In this document: piece by piece, positions 35,970-46,606 of the stretch
Numbering within the stretch: position 1 is the stretch's first letter
How the letters are laid out: every line of letters starts with the position of its first letter
NCBI GenBank assembly: GCA_963675295.2
Contig: CAXXKJ010000002.1
Coordinates: forward strand, 2,624,001 to 2,688,000
Source: a bacterium
GTDB lineage: Bacteria; Electryoneota; Electryoneia; Electryoneales; Electryoneaceae
DNA: 64,000 nt
Direction: 5' to 3'
The notes under the pieces: generated by a model
Told to the model about the DNA's origin: nothing
The model's database searches: none
Seen by the model: only the letters and a program-made list of their open reading frames with translations
Program-made: the position numbers and the translations under genes

Positions 35970-38900
35970 TTAGCGGAAGTAGGGGTCCAGGTTGAGGTTG
36001 ACGTAAACGACAGTGCGGTCGAGCCAATCCTGTCCGGACCACGTTTGCAGGTCGTCCCACGACATGCCGACGCTGTCTTCTGTCCGGTACAGTGGTGCGA
36101 CGCGTGCGTGCAGCGAAAGCCCGTACAGGTCGGCCATGGCGGCTTCAACGCCCAGTTCGCCCATGAAGGCGATGTGATTCTTTTCCCGGTTGAAACGGTC
36201 AAGGTCGTGCATCGCCGCACCGGCTTCGAAGATACCGAAGCGCAAGCGGTCGAGGAAACGGTCAACATGAACCTCGCCGGTCTTGCGCATGAAGCCGGGC
36301 AACTGGTGAAGCTGCGACAGGCGTAGAATGAGGAAGCGGTCGGTGTAGTACGATCCGAGGTCGGAACTCAGCGTTGCTGGCGCGTAGACTCGCGGCATGC
36401 GGCTGTAGTGATGCGGTGAATAGTCGTACGGGCTGGTGTCGAGTTCGGTCCACGCACCGCCGTACAACGGGCTGCCCAAGACCTCGTACGGCGATCCTCC
36501 GCCGGGCGAATCAATGAACCGTGCCGGTGGTTTGCCCTCGGAGACGGACAGACGGGTCTCAACGCCCAGCGCCCAGTTCCATGGCAGGCGGTTGCTCATC
36601 GTCATCGACCACGTCGCGACGTTGAAATCGTCGTCGAGACCGGCGGTCCAGTGGAGTTGCTGTTTCCAAGGCGTCCGGCCCCACCTGCCGTCGAATTCGG
36701 CTTGCATGCGGATGTAGGGCGAAGCCGCGTCCTGGCTGGCGTAATCGTAGTCGTGTACGATTCGCGGCCCGATGCTCGCCTGCACAACGCGTTCCGGTTG
36801 AGTCGTGCCGGAAGTCCACCGTGTTGTTGCCGGTCCGCTGGCGGACAACGTGGAGGTCAGTGTTGGAGCTTCCCGCTCCCACGTCCCCGCCTTGATGCTC
36901 CATGTGATGCGGTTGATCGCGGAATTCCACTTCCGCCACGATCTCCGCAGGCCGATTTCGCCCCACGTGTCGCCGTGCATCCTGCCGAAATACAGCGTGC
37001 CGTAGGTCGGACCGAAATCACGGTTGATCGGCGTTGCAAATCCGACGCGGTATAGTGGCAGGTAGGTGTTGATCTGATCGGTCGGGACGAGGAAATCGGC
37101 GAGCAGAATGTCTTCCCGTTCGAGATACGAACCTCGCACCGACAGTCCAGCCATCAGGCGTGTGTCGATGTTGTAGCCGAGGGCCGGGGAAACGTTCATC
37201 TGCCACTGCGTTAACGACGGCAGCTCCATCGGCAGGAAGATCGGATCGATCACCAGTTTGGGTGTCTGCCGCGGCCATCGATTGTTTTCCGGCTCACGGT
37301 CGGTCCAGAAGCCGTCTGGATCGAGAAGGATTTGAGCCGGTTTCACATCACCCGCGAGCTGAATCTCGACCTTGAACTGGTCATTCGGCATGTGCCACTG
37401 ATCCCATGACGCCCAGCGTTCATAGCCTTCGGGGATGCGATCCGTCGGTAGGAACGGGACCGCGCCACGCAGCGTATCGCCTTGATTCGTAACCACGCCG
37501 ATCAGCGGCGGGATCTTCATCTCGTCCTTGCGGTGAACGGTGAATGTCAGCGTGTTCCCGCCGTTCGGGTTGTGGTCGAGATCGACGTTTTCCAGCGCGT
37601 AATCCAGGTCCACGCCCGAATACAGAAACTGGTCGAAGAACCATTTCAAGGATTGTCCGGAGGCGTCCTCGAACGACGATATGATGTCCTGTCCGCTGAC
37701 ATGGGTCAGAGCATGACCTTGATACAGTAGCTTGAAGCCGTTCCAGAACGCTTCGTCGCCGATCACACCACGCAACGTGTTGAGCATGACGGGGCCTTTG
37801 TAATACGAAGACACGCGCAGTAACAGATAGTCGTCTGCCGTATCACTGGCCCGCACCATCGGCAGGTCTTCGCCGGCGAGGACGGCTTCGAGGTACGGCC
37901 GTTGCCCACGGACATCCGCGTCCCGCACGATCATCTCTTCGCTGAACAGTCCGCGCGAATAGGTGCGGTACTTGTTGACCTCTGTGCCTTCGTACATCGT
38001 CAGCAGGACATGCTCGAGATACGTGGTGAATCCTTCGTCGATCCACTGCTCGTCCTGCGAATTGGAATGCAGGATCATCGGGGTGTAGTTGTGCACGACT
38101 TCGTGGATCATCACTTGCACATACTGCGGCGAACTCCAGCTCATCAGGGTCAGCATCGGGTATTCCATCGCCGACCACGAATACGACGCCTTCACTCGCG
38201 GCCACGGATATGGCCCGTAGATGTCTTCCAACTGCTGAATCGTCCAGCCGCAAACCTCGGCGGCGTCGCTCCAGTCGTCCGTCTGATCACGCCGGGAAAA
38301 CGACCACGCCTCGAAGTGGCCGAAATCGACACGGTCAATCAGGAATTTCGGGTCCATCGCGAAGGACACGTCCGGAACGCGATCCGCTTGGAAAATCCAG
38401 GTGATCGGACGTTCGCCCTCTTCCCCCTCCGGAATCGGTACGGGGAATGGGTTGCCGAGGGTCAGCCCCTTCATGCGTTCCGGCGGCAGCACTTCAGACT
38501 CGTTTACCAGCTCGCCGGTCGAGGCGATGATGTACTTGTAGGGAACAGTGTAACGGATGGTAAAGTCGCCGAATTCGCCGTACGCTTCCCCGGTACCGAA
38601 ATAGCGGTTGACAGTCCAGCCGAACTCGGGTGTGTACGGGCAGATCTGTGGATACCAGTACGCGCCCTTGTATTGCCCACGTGAATACCCCATCCGCGAC
38701 TGCGATCCGCCGGTGGGAAACCTGGTGGTGAACGGAATGACGAACGTCGCCGAATCTCCGGGCAGGATCGCCGGAAACAGGCTCAGTTGCCCGATGCTGT
38801 AGTCCTGGTCGAAGGAAACGTCACGGCCATCGAGGGAGCTGACTGTTCCTACCGTGAGATCGCCCCAGGTGTCTTCCGGTTGCCGTGACCAGTGCTTGTC

Positions 38901-39200
38901 TCGGCTGCGCATTCGTGTCTGATCGACCACGCTTCCGCCCTGCAGCGCTGCCGGCGGCAGGCGAAACCAGATCACGTCGAGTTCGTCAGGCGAGTTGTTG
39001 ACGTAAGTGATCGTCGCCGTGCCACTCATCGAACGCAGGCTGTCGATCAGGGTGACGTCGATGTCGTAATTCACGGACTGTTGCCAGTCCGGTGTTCGCT
39101 CGGCGAAGGAAACGGGTGCGATGCAGAGGGTGAGACTGAGTGTAACCAGAATTGCTGCGAGGGGGAGTTTTACGCGATACCGTTGGGGATCGTCAATCAT
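35970..39200 (-). CDS. M1 family metallo-aminopeptidase with long C-terminal extension
   Basis: WQQSVNYDIDV, AMEYPM, HEVVH...WIDEGF (HEXXH-X18-E) and YYKG; signal peptide. Confidence 0.88.
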   Translation of the reverse strand: MIDDPQRYRVKLPLAAILVTLSLTLCIAPVSFAERTPDWQQSVNYDIDVTLIDSLRSMSGTATITYVNNSPDELDVIWFRLPPAALQGGSVVDQTRMRSRDKHWSRQPEDTWGDLTVGTVSSLDGRDVSFDQDYSIGQLSLFPAILPGDSATFVIPFTTRFPTGGSQSRMGYSRGQYKGAYWYPQICPYTPEFGWTVNRYFGTGEAYGEFGDFTIRYTVPYKYIIASTGELVNESEVLPPERMKGLTLGNPFPVPIPEGEEGERPITWIFQADRVPDVSFAMDPKFLIDRVDFGHFEAWSFSRRDQTDDWSDAAEVCGWTIQQLEDIYGPYPWPRVKASYSWSAMEYPMLTLMSWSSPQYVQVMIHEVVHNYTPMILHSNSQDEQWIDEGFTTYLEHVLLTMYEGTEVNKYRTYSRGLFSEEMIVRDADVRGQRPYLEAVLAGEDLPMVRASDTADDYLLLRVSSYYKGPVMLNTLRGVIGDEAFWNGFKLLYQGHALTHVSGQDIISSFEDASGQSLKWFFDQFLYSGVDLDYALENVDLDHNPNGGNTLTFTVHRKDEMKIPPLIGVVTNQGDTLRGAVPFLPTDRIPEGYERWASWDQWHMPNDQFKVEIQLAGDVKPAQILLDPDGFWTDREPENNRWPRQTPKLVIDPIFLPMELPSLTQWQMNVSPALGYNIDTRLMAGLSVRGSYLEREDILLADFLVPTDQINTYLPLYRVGFATPINRDFGPTYGTLYFGRMHGDTWGEIGLRRSWRKWNSAINRITWSIKAGTWEREAPTLTSTLSASGPATTRWTSGTTQPERVVQASIGPRIVHDYDYASQDAASPYIRMQAEFDGRWGRTPWKQQLHWTAGLDDDFNVATWSMTMSNRLPWNWALGVETRLSVSEGKPPARFIDSPGGGSPYEVLGSPLYGGAWTELDTSPYDYSPHHYSRMPRVYAPATLSSDLGSYYTDRFLILRLSQLHQLPGFMRKTGEVHVDRFLDRLRFGIFEAGAAMHDLDRFNREKNHIAFMGELGVEAAMADLYGLSLHARVAPLYRTEDSVGMSWDDLQTWSGQDWLDRTVVYVNLNLDPYFR

Positions 39201-40068
39201 ACTCGGCGTACAGGGTTTCGGTGAGGTTGATCTGATCCAGCCCACGTTTCCGCTCCTCGGTCGTATAATAGTAGTTGGGCGAGAGCTCCATCATGCAGTA
39301 GGTGCGGCCGAGTTCGCGTGCCGCCTGCATGGTCGAACCGGAACCGGCGAACGGATCGAGAACCAGTTCTCCCGGCTGGGTGCTCTTCGATATCAACTTT
39401 TTCAACAGCTTGACGGGTTTTTCCGTGGAATGGGTCAACTTCTTCGTTGACAACTTCGGGAAGTGCAGTACGTTCGATTCGCGCTTGCCATTCAGCACAC
39501 GCCGGCCCTTGTGCAGAAAGATAATCCATTCGTCCTGCGGAGCGTAATCGCCGCGCAAATCGCCACTGCCGTGATTGTTCTTCACCCAGATCAGAGTGCG
39601 CTTGATTTTGAATCCGGCTTCCTTGAACGCTGTGATGAATTCGGGGTAGGTATCATGCCGGCAGAAGCAGTACAGGTGCCGGTCATTTTTCAATACGCGG
39701 AACGCTTCGTGCGCAAAACGCGGAATCCAATCGCCCTGGTTGTCGTTGGCAAGGTGCTGGAACTTGGCGTTGACAACACGCCGGTTCGACTTGTAGTTGA
39801 TGTTGTAGGGTGGGTCAGTGAGGATCAGGTCGACGGTTTCGTCGGGCATGCTGGCGAGTACGTCCTTGTTGTCACCGTACCAGATGGTGTTGTCCCAGGA
39901 GCCGAGGTGGTCACGGCCGTTGAACCTGCGAGTGCCGAGCTCGATGTCGATATCGCTGGGAATCGACAGTTCAGCCGTCGTCTCCTTCAGCTTCTTCTTG
40001 CCGTTACCGTTGAGGACGGGCGGTTCGAAACCTGGCAGGTGCAACTGTTCGTCGTGATGATCGGTCAC
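39193..40068 (-). CDS. Orphan N6-adenine/N4-cytosine DNA methyltransferase (beta class)
   Basis: TDPPY (motif IV) precedes HSTEKP and VLDPFAGSGST (motif I). GTG start at 40068 with a GAGGAG RBS, overlapping the pfkB stop. Confidence 0.9.
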   Translation of the reverse strand: MTDHHDEQLHLPGFEPPVLNGNGKKKLKETTAELSIPSDIDIELGTRRFNGRDHLGSWDNTIWYGDNKDVLASMPDETVDLILTDPPYNINYKSNRRVVNAKFQHLANDNQGDWIPRFAHEAFRVLKNDRHLYCFCRHDTYPEFITAFKEAGFKIKRTLIWVKNNHGSGDLRGDYAPQDEWIIFLHKGRRVLNGKRESNVLHFPKLSTKKLTHSTEKPVKLLKKLISKSTQPGELVLDPFAGSGSTMQAARELGRTYCMMELSPNYYYTTEERKRGLDQINLTETLYAEYD

Positions 40069-41036
40069 GCTGTTGACTCCTCGAATCCCCCATCCGCCTG
40101 ATGCACCCGCAGCAGGCTCAGCACCTCTTCCCTGGTTGGAAGCGTCCCTCTCGCTCCCAGCGCGGTTGTGGACAACGCCGCTGCGGCAGCTGCCCAACGC
40201 ACGCACGCATCAAACGCCCACCCCATCAGCAGGCCGTGAATGAAGCCGGCGTGGAAAATGTCTCCGGCTCCGGTAGTATCGACCGCATCGACCGGATACG
40301 CCGTCATCCACATGGGATCGCCGCCCCTTGCCAGTGCGACCGATCCGCCGGCTCCGTTGGTGATGATCACGCCTTTCGCGGCACCTTCCGGCCCTCGTGC
40401 CAGAAGTTCGCGTGTGGCGTAAAACATGTCAACGTTGCCAAAGTAATCGCGAGTGAAGCTGACCGGGACAATCAGCCAGTCGGTCACCGCGAGCAAGTCG
40501 TCCATGCGGTCGCGAACGTGCCCCGCGTCGAGGACGACATCAACCTCATTATCTCTCGCAATCTTCGCTGCCTCGAGCGCGGCTTCCGTTTCCCAGCCGT
40601 CAAGGAGCAGACAACGAGCGGTTGAGATCGCTTCGGAAGATAACTCATCGGGCGAGAGAGGCGCAAGATCACGATCCAAAACGACCGTTCTGCGTCCCGA
40701 TTTCTTCTCCACCCAAATGGACGCGGACGGAGTGAGAGCCGTGGAGCGGACTTGCAGAGATTCCGTGTGGACTCCGATCTGCTCCAGCTCGGCTCGGATG
40801 CGCTCTCCTTCCACGTCTCCGCCGATACCGGCCTGCAGCGTTGTTCGCCATCCCCAGACCGATAGTTGGCACAATGCGTTCGGAACCGGGCTACCGCTCC
40901 CCTGCCAGCGGTCGAGCGCGACGGTCTTCTGGTCAACCTCCGGATGCTTCTCCACCAGCAACGCACGGTCATAGACCGCCCGTCCGACGCCAACGGCGTC
41001 GAAGGTAGGTCCGGTTGTTGGTGCATTGTCCATCAC
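40065..41036 (-). CDS. PfkB family carbohydrate kinase
   Basis: IITNGAGGS and VDTTGAGDIFHAGF PfkB signature. Confidence 0.9.
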   Translation of the reverse strand: MMDNAPTTGPTFDAVGVGRAVYDRALLVEKHPEVDQKTVALDRWQGSGSPVPNALCQLSVWGWRTTLQAGIGGDVEGERIRAELEQIGVHTESLQVRSTALTPSASIWVEKKSGRRTVVLDRDLAPLSPDELSSEAISTARCLLLDGWETEAALEAAKIARDNEVDVVLDAGHVRDRMDDLLAVTDWLIVPVSFTRDYFGNVDMFYATRELLARGPEGAAKGVIITNGAGGSVALARGGDPMWMTAYPVDAVDTTGAGDIFHAGFIHGLLMGWAFDACVRWAAAAAALSTTALGARGTLPTREEVLSLLRVHQADGGFEESTA

Positions 41037-42586
41037 GGAGCCGAAGTCGATTCGGGCGGGATTTCTCCGGGTTCATACCGGGCTACGTAATAGTCGTCAA
41101 TTACACCATCGGTTTTCAACTGCTGCGCGTACGCGGTGGCTTCTTCCGTTGACGCGTAATGACCGAGGTGAACCCGGTACCAGGTCTTGTTGTCCTGGGT
41201 GGTGGTAACGAGGTAGGCGTCCTGATCCTGACGGCGCAAGCTGCGGATCATCTGTACCGCGCGTTCCCGTGTCGGGAGGGCGCTGACTTGCAACGTGTAC
41301 GGCAACTCGGACTGAACGGCGGTCTGCACTGTCTGTGGCGATTCGGCAGGCGTTTCGTCAGAGTCGAACGCGCGATAGATCCCGAACCCGACCACTGCGA
41401 TGATCACCAGGGCAGCCGCCACGATCAGCCACGGACGGATACCGTGCTTCACGTCCTCCCCAACCGGCGGGATCGTGAAGTCGCCCTCCTGGTCGATCCC
41501 TTCCCTGCCTTCCGCATCAAACGGGATCGTCATCGCAGCTTTCGCCGGAGTTTTTTGCTTCGGCGCGATGATCTCGGGTTCGTCTTTGGTGTCCGATTCG
41601 AACTGAATGTTGTCGGCGTCGTCCCAGATCGACTCGGCTGGTGGTGCTTCCTCTGGCTTGCCAAACGGGGAGAACAGCTGCGTGTCGGCATTCGCCGCTG
41701 AGTCTGTCGAATCCCCGGTGGAGTGGGTCAGTGAACGCAATGTCGCTACCAGTTCCGGGTCCGAGCCGGAACTCTCGAGGGCGTCGGCAGTACGTTTCAT
41801 CTCCGCGGTCAACTCGAGTGACGATTGCTGCTGCAGGAACGCGTCTACAAAAATCCTGCCGGCGATTTCATCACGTCGGCGTGTCGCCAGCAGACGGCGG
41901 GTTAATGGTGGCAGCAGCACCTGTTCCAAGGTGTCATTGGCGCTCTGGTAGGCACGAATCCACGATTGTTCGAGCACGATCAGCTGATCGGCGGGATGAC
42001 TGGAGAGCTCGCGTGTCATCGACTCGCGCGCCAGACGCACCGCCAGCCCGGTTTCGTAGGGGCGGTCTTTTAACAGCGCCAGACCGACCCGCCACGCGGT
42101 CTCGCTAAGGAATTCACTGCTCTTCAGGGCTGCACGGGTCTCGTCCATCAGGGTCGGATTCTGCCGAATGTGCGACCACGCGAGCAGGTAGATGTCCCAC
42201 GCCCATGCGTCCCGTTCATGCCGTTGCAGCAGGACAGTGGCAAGATTCCGCAGGTACCTCGCGAGCAGACGGTCTGCGATTGGTGGGAAAATGACTGGTC
42301 CGGACAGACGGCGGATTACCTTGCGGACAGTCATTTCGCCGCCGTCGGGGATAACGCCGTTTTCCAGCGGCTGCCACTGTTTACGCCAGTACAGGATGAG
42401 CCAGCCGTCGATCAAAAGCAGCGCCAGTCCGATTCCGATCAGCAGCGGCGCGAACAGCATTACCGCTGGGAACAACGGTGGCAGGTTGGTACCGGGTAAA
42501 ACAAACAGCCACATCACCAGCAGCATCAGCAGGGCGAGGATCATGCCGGTTGCGACGCGTGCGAGGATCGCAGAGAACCAGTTCAT
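41033..42586 (-). CDS. Membrane protein with C-terminal SPOR domain
   Basis: Two N-terminal TMs, a helical region, an acidic linker and another TM, then YTLQVSAL...WYRVHLGHY. Confidence 0.82.
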   Translation of the reverse strand: MNWFSAILARVATGMILALLMLLVMWLFVLPGTNLPPLFPAVMLFAPLLIGIGLALLLIDGWLILYWRKQWQPLENGVIPDGGEMTVRKVIRRLSGPVIFPPIADRLLARYLRNLATVLLQRHERDAWAWDIYLLAWSHIRQNPTLMDETRAALKSSEFLSETAWRVGLALLKDRPYETGLAVRLARESMTRELSSHPADQLIVLEQSWIRAYQSANDTLEQVLLPPLTRRLLATRRRDEIAGRIFVDAFLQQQSSLELTAEMKRTADALESSGSDPELVATLRSLTHSTGDSTDSAANADTQLFSPFGKPEEAPPAESIWDDADNIQFESDTKDEPEIIAPKQKTPAKAAMTIPFDAEGREGIDQEGDFTIPPVGEDVKHGIRPWLIVAAALVIIAVVGFGIYRAFDSDETPAESPQTVQTAVQSELPYTLQVSALPTRERAVQMIRSLRRQDQDAYLVTTTQDNKTWYRVHLGHYASTEEATAYAQQLKTDGVIDDYYVARYEPGEIPPESTSAP

Positions 42587-44814
42587 CGGCGGCCTCCACG
42601 CGAATCGAGATCTTCAACCGACGGAATCGAATCCATCGGGTCCTCGTACAGCAGCGAGTCGAACGCATCCTGCGGCGTGAAGCTACCCCACCGTGCGCGG
42701 ACACTGTCCCACGGCGGCACGTAGAACGGCGATTCCTCCCACGGCACCCCGACGTAGCGGTCCCATTCGTCCATCACGCGGTCGAGATTGTCCCAGTCCT
42801 CGATGCGATCCAGCATCAGCAGCCTGTAGTCGGGCAGCTCAGTGTCCTCATGCACCGCCAGCCGAATCCCGCCCGGTTCGTCCGGATCCATCAACTCGCC
42901 GGTCGCCGGGTGAATCTTGACGAAGCGCACACCGGTCGGAACACGGAACTCACGTGGTGGGTCGCCCTCGGTCGCGCGTTTCATGAACACCGTCCACACT
43001 GGCAGCGCGCCGGTTGTTCCAGTGATCCCGGCACCGGACGCTGCACGCATCGGGCGGTTATCGTCATACCCAACCCACGCGCAGGTCGCCAACCGCGGTG
43101 TCGCGCCGAGGAACCACGAGTCGCGGTAATCGTTGGTCGTTCCGGTTTTTCCGATCGCGGGTAAGTCGAAGCCCATTCGTCGCACCGAACGGCCGGTGCC
43201 GCCTTCGATCACACCCTCCATCATGTCGATCAACAGGTAGACGTCATCTGCGTCGAACGCCGGTTTCCGCCTCACGATCTGTTCTTCCAGCACCCGTCCG
43301 TGCAGGTCTTCAACACGCGTTATCAGGTACGGATCGACCGCCTGCCCGAGATTGGCAATGCCCGCACCGATCCCTGCCAGCTCGATGGCGTTGACTGAGG
43401 TCGCACCGAGCGCAATTGCGGGGTTTGGTGTCTGTTCGGAGTGAACGTTGAAGCGGTATAGCGACTCTACCATCGCATCCGCGCCGATGGTCATCACCAG
43501 CTTGGCGGCGACGGTGTTCAGCGATCGCATCAACGCCACTTTCAGCGGCATCACGCCGTAAAATCGCGGGGTGAAGTTGCGTGGTGTCCACGGCCGGGAT
43601 CCGGGAATGGTGATCGTCACCGACGAATCACTCACCATCGACGCAGGCGTAATCCCCGCCTGCTCGATCGCGGTCAGGTACAGCACCGGCTTGAGAACAG
43701 ACCCCATGTTGCGTGAGGACTGGATCGTGCGGTTGAACTGGCTCTGCACCCAGTCACGCCCACCGACAAGCGCCCGCACCGCGCCGGTTGCCGCCTCGAC
43801 GGAAACCAGCGCGCCCTGCGGACGGTCAGCCGAATCCCGTTTCGCCGCGTTCCACTCAGGTAGGCCCATGCGCTCGTCCAGCATCGCAAGGCCTTCCTGC
43901 ACCGACTCGACGGCGTAGCGTTGCAACAGCGGGTCCATCGTGGTGTATATCTTCAGTCCGCCGTGGTACAGGACAGTTTGGCCGTAGCGATCCTCGAGCT
44001 CGTCAAGGACTGCGTCGAGGAAGTAAGAGCCCTCGTCGGCGTGGTCGTACAACGGACGGTAATGCAGCGTGGTATTCAATGCGCGCTGGTACTCGGTCTG
44101 CGTAATCCAGCCGAGGCTGAACATGCGGTACAGCACCCAGCTCTGGCGTTCACGGGCGAGTTCCGGATTGCGGTACGGGTTGTATCGCGACGGGCTCTGC
44201 GGCAGACCAGCGAGCAATGTCGCTTCGGCGAGTGTCAGTTCGGACGCGTGTTTGCCGAAATACACCCGTGCCGCTTCCTCAACGCCGTAAGCGAAGTTTC
44301 CGAACGGGATACCGTTGATGTACGCTTCGAGGATGTCATCTTTGCTGAACCGGCGCTCGATTTCGAACGCTGCGAGGATTTCCTTGAATTTGCGCGACCA
44401 GGATTTCTCGAAGCTGAAGAACAGGTTTTTTGCGAGTTGCTGGCTGATGGTGCTGCCGCCCCGCGCGTCGTTGCCGAGGATGGCGCTGACGGTGGCGCGA
44501 ATCAGAGCAGGTTTGTCGATGCCGGCATGCGAATAGAACTGGTCATCCTCAACGGCGAGTACCGCTTGACGGAACACCGGCGCAACGCGTTCGATCGGAA
44601 TCGAGCTGCGTCCTCCCACCTGGGCGATGATCGAGCCGTCCGCCGCAAATACCTCGGTCGGCGGCACGGAGATCAACTCGGACAGTTCAGCGGGCACACG
44701 CGGTACTGTCGGCAATACTACCGCGATCACGATCAGGATCGTGAACACGACTGCGACAAATGCGCCGAGGAAGGAGTACATCAGGATTGTGAGCACCCGC
44801 GGAAATCCGTTCAC
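42583..44814 (-). CDS. Class A penicillin-binding protein (PBP1A family)
   Basis: Transglycosylase EDDQFYSHAG, GGSTISQQLAKN and RKFKE; transpeptidase SVLK, SLN and KTGT. Confidence 0.93.
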   Translation of the reverse strand: MNGFPRVLTILMYSFLGAFVAVVFTILIVIAVVLPTVPRVPAELSELISVPPTEVFAADGSIIAQVGGRSSIPIERVAPVFRQAVLAVEDDQFYSHAGIDKPALIRATVSAILGNDARGGSTISQQLAKNLFFSFEKSWSRKFKEILAAFEIERRFSKDDILEAYINGIPFGNFAYGVEEAARVYFGKHASELTLAEATLLAGLPQSPSRYNPYRNPELARERQSWVLYRMFSLGWITQTEYQRALNTTLHYRPLYDHADEGSYFLDAVLDELEDRYGQTVLYHGGLKIYTTMDPLLQRYAVESVQEGLAMLDERMGLPEWNAAKRDSADRPQGALVSVEAATGAVRALVGGRDWVQSQFNRTIQSSRNMGSVLKPVLYLTAIEQAGITPASMVSDSSVTITIPGSRPWTPRNFTPRFYGVMPLKVALMRSLNTVAAKLVMTIGADAMVESLYRFNVHSEQTPNPAIALGATSVNAIELAGIGAGIANLGQAVDPYLITRVEDLHGRVLEEQIVRRKPAFDADDVYLLIDMMEGVIEGGTGRSVRRMGFDLPAIGKTGTTNDYRDSWFLGATPRLATCAWVGYDDNRPMRAASGAGITGTTGALPVWTVFMKRATEGDPPREFRVPTGVRFVKIHPATGELMDPDEPGGIRLAVHEDTELPDYRLLMLDRIEDWDNLDRVMDEWDRYVGVPWEESPFYVPPWDSVRARWGSFTPQDAFDSLLYEDPMDSIPSVEDLDSRGGRR

Positions 44815-45743
44815 AAGTCCATTCCCCCGCCCGGTATCATTCGCTGCACCTCTTCCGCGAGTTGTTGACCGATCTGTTTCGTCAGCCAGTAGACATACAC
44901 CCGTTGCGTGTCGCCCTGCTGCACCTCAAACGCGATCTGCCACATCCCGTCTTCCGGCTTCGTTGGAAGACCCACCAGCGTCAACTCACCCTCGAGGCCG
45001 GAAATCCAGCGAATGTCGCTGCCGTCCAGCTCGACGGGACCGCTCGGCGCGAGGGCGTTGAAGAACGTTTCCGCATCCAGCACCAGCGGGAATCGCGACA
45101 GTTCGCGCAAATTGCGTTCAATTGGCACACGCAACGATTCGTAGCGGTTGAAAAAATCGTCGGACAGGCGGCTTTCATGCAACACGAAGTTGTCCGCACT
45201 GATCAGATAGACCTTGTAGAGCTGGTCTTCTTCGACGAAGAAGACACGCCGCCAATCGCCGCTGGAACGTGAGCGCAGCAGGCTGATCGGATCGACCAGC
45301 GATTCCTGGAATGCCGTCGGCAGTTGGCCGTACAAGGTGAGGAAGCGTTCCGGGCTGATGGAGAAGACCTGGAAGGAATCGAGGATCGCCGGAATCTGTT
45401 CCCAGGTATCGAGGGTTGCCCCGGCTGCCCGGCGTTGACGAGTTAACGCCGCCATGTCACTGAGCTTGTCGAGTGCCTCGGTGCCTTCCCGGTTCAGGTC
45501 CCAGCCACGCCCGACTTCTTCGCGCAGATCCTGCGAGTCGAGCATGTAAGCCCCAAGCGCCTGCTCCACGGGCGAGTACGCCCATTCCAACACTCCCGCC
45601 ACGAGAATCAGCAGGGTCAACAGGGTTGGAACCAACCAGCCAGAGTTTCCCGCACCCGCCCAGCGGCGGGCCTGGGTTACAAGTTCCCGGTCAGATTTCG
45701 GGATGGAGGCCAAGGCACCGGATCCTTCAGCTTTGTTCGCCAT
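44811..45743 (-). CDS. Hypothetical single-TM protein
   Basis: ORF coupled to PBP1A by a GTGA overlap, with one hydrophobic segment WLVPTLLTLLILVAGVL. The start is uncertain. Confidence 0.65.
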   Translation of the reverse strand: MANKAEGSGALASIPKSDRELVTQARRWAGAGNSGWLVPTLLTLLILVAGVLEWAYSPVEQALGAYMLDSQDLREEVGRGWDLNREGTEALDKLSDMAALTRQRRAAGATLDTWEQIPAILDSFQVFSISPERFLTLYGQLPTAFQESLVDPISLLRSRSSGDWRRVFFVEEDQLYKVYLISADNFVLHESRLSDDFFNRYESLRVPIERNLRELSRFPLVLDAETFFNALAPSGPVELDGSDIRWISGLEGELTLVGLPTKPEDGMWQIAFEVQQGDTQRVYVYWLTKQIGQQLAEEVQRMIPGGGMDL

Positions 45744-46606
45744 GCGCGCAGGTACGCGGCAGCGGGTTTCGGACCATCGGCGAGGTAGAGGAACGCCGTA
45801 TAGAATACCACAAACGGGGGTGTCAGGATACGCCGGATGAAACGCAGGCATGGCGGTGTCCAGCGTTCGAAGAACAGTCGTCCGGCCAGTGTCCGGTAGA
45901 CCATCTTCAACGGCGAGCGTCCCCCACCACTACTCGCGGACACATTGTGCACGAGAACGGCTTCCGGATTGACCACCATGCGTTTTTCCGCACGCCACAC
46001 CCGGGTGGACCAGTCCACGTCTTCTGCGTACATGCCGTAACTGGAATCAAGTTCCCCATGATCGTCCCACGCCCACGCCGGACTTAGCCAGCAGCAACCG
46101 GTGACAAACTGCGTATCGAAGGGTGATTTACGGAATTCTGAAAGCCGTTCGTGCTGACCGTTGTGTCTCGTCCACGAGATCGGAAACAGGACCTGGCCAC
46201 CGGCATACCAGATACGGTCGTCCGGACTGTCGTACAGAATCACGGGACTGACGGCAGCGATGTGTTCGTGCCGGTCGTTGTCGAGGAACGTCGCCAGCGA
46301 ATCGACCATTCCGGGTTGCACACGTACATCCGGATTGATCAGGCCGATGTAAGGAAAGCCGCACTCCAGCGCGTAGCGGATGCCGATGTTGGTTGCTTCG
46401 GCGAACGGCTTGTTGTCTTCATGGCCGATATAATAGACGCGCCCGGAGAGCTGTGAGGCTCGCACGCCGGAACCGTCCGTCGTTCCGTTATCCACCAGCA
46501 CCAGCAGGTCGTCATCCGACAGATCCGCGAGCAGAGAGTTCACCGACGCGAGGGTTTCTTCGCCCCCGTTATGGTTCACCATGACAAATGCTGCCCGCAG
46601 ATTCAC
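45677..46606 (-). CDS. Glycosyltransferase family 2
   Basis: VDNGTTDG, INPD, TGCCWL and YAEDVDW; GTG start overlapping the upstream TGA. Confidence 0.88.
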   Translation of the reverse strand: MNLRAAFVMVNHNGGEETLASVNSLLADLSDDDLLVLVDNGTTDGSGVRASQLSGRVYYIGHEDNKPFAEATNIGIRYALECGFPYIGLINPDVRVQPGMVDSLATFLDNDRHEHIAAVSPVILYDSPDDRIWYAGGQVLFPISWTRHNGQHERLSEFRKSPFDTQFVTGCCWLSPAWAWDDHGELDSSYGMYAEDVDWSTRVWRAEKRMVVNPEAVLVHNVSASSGGGRSPLKMVYRTLAGRLFFERWTPPCLRFIRRILTPPFVVFYTAFLYLADGPKPAAAYLRAWRTKLKDPVPWPPSRNLTGNL

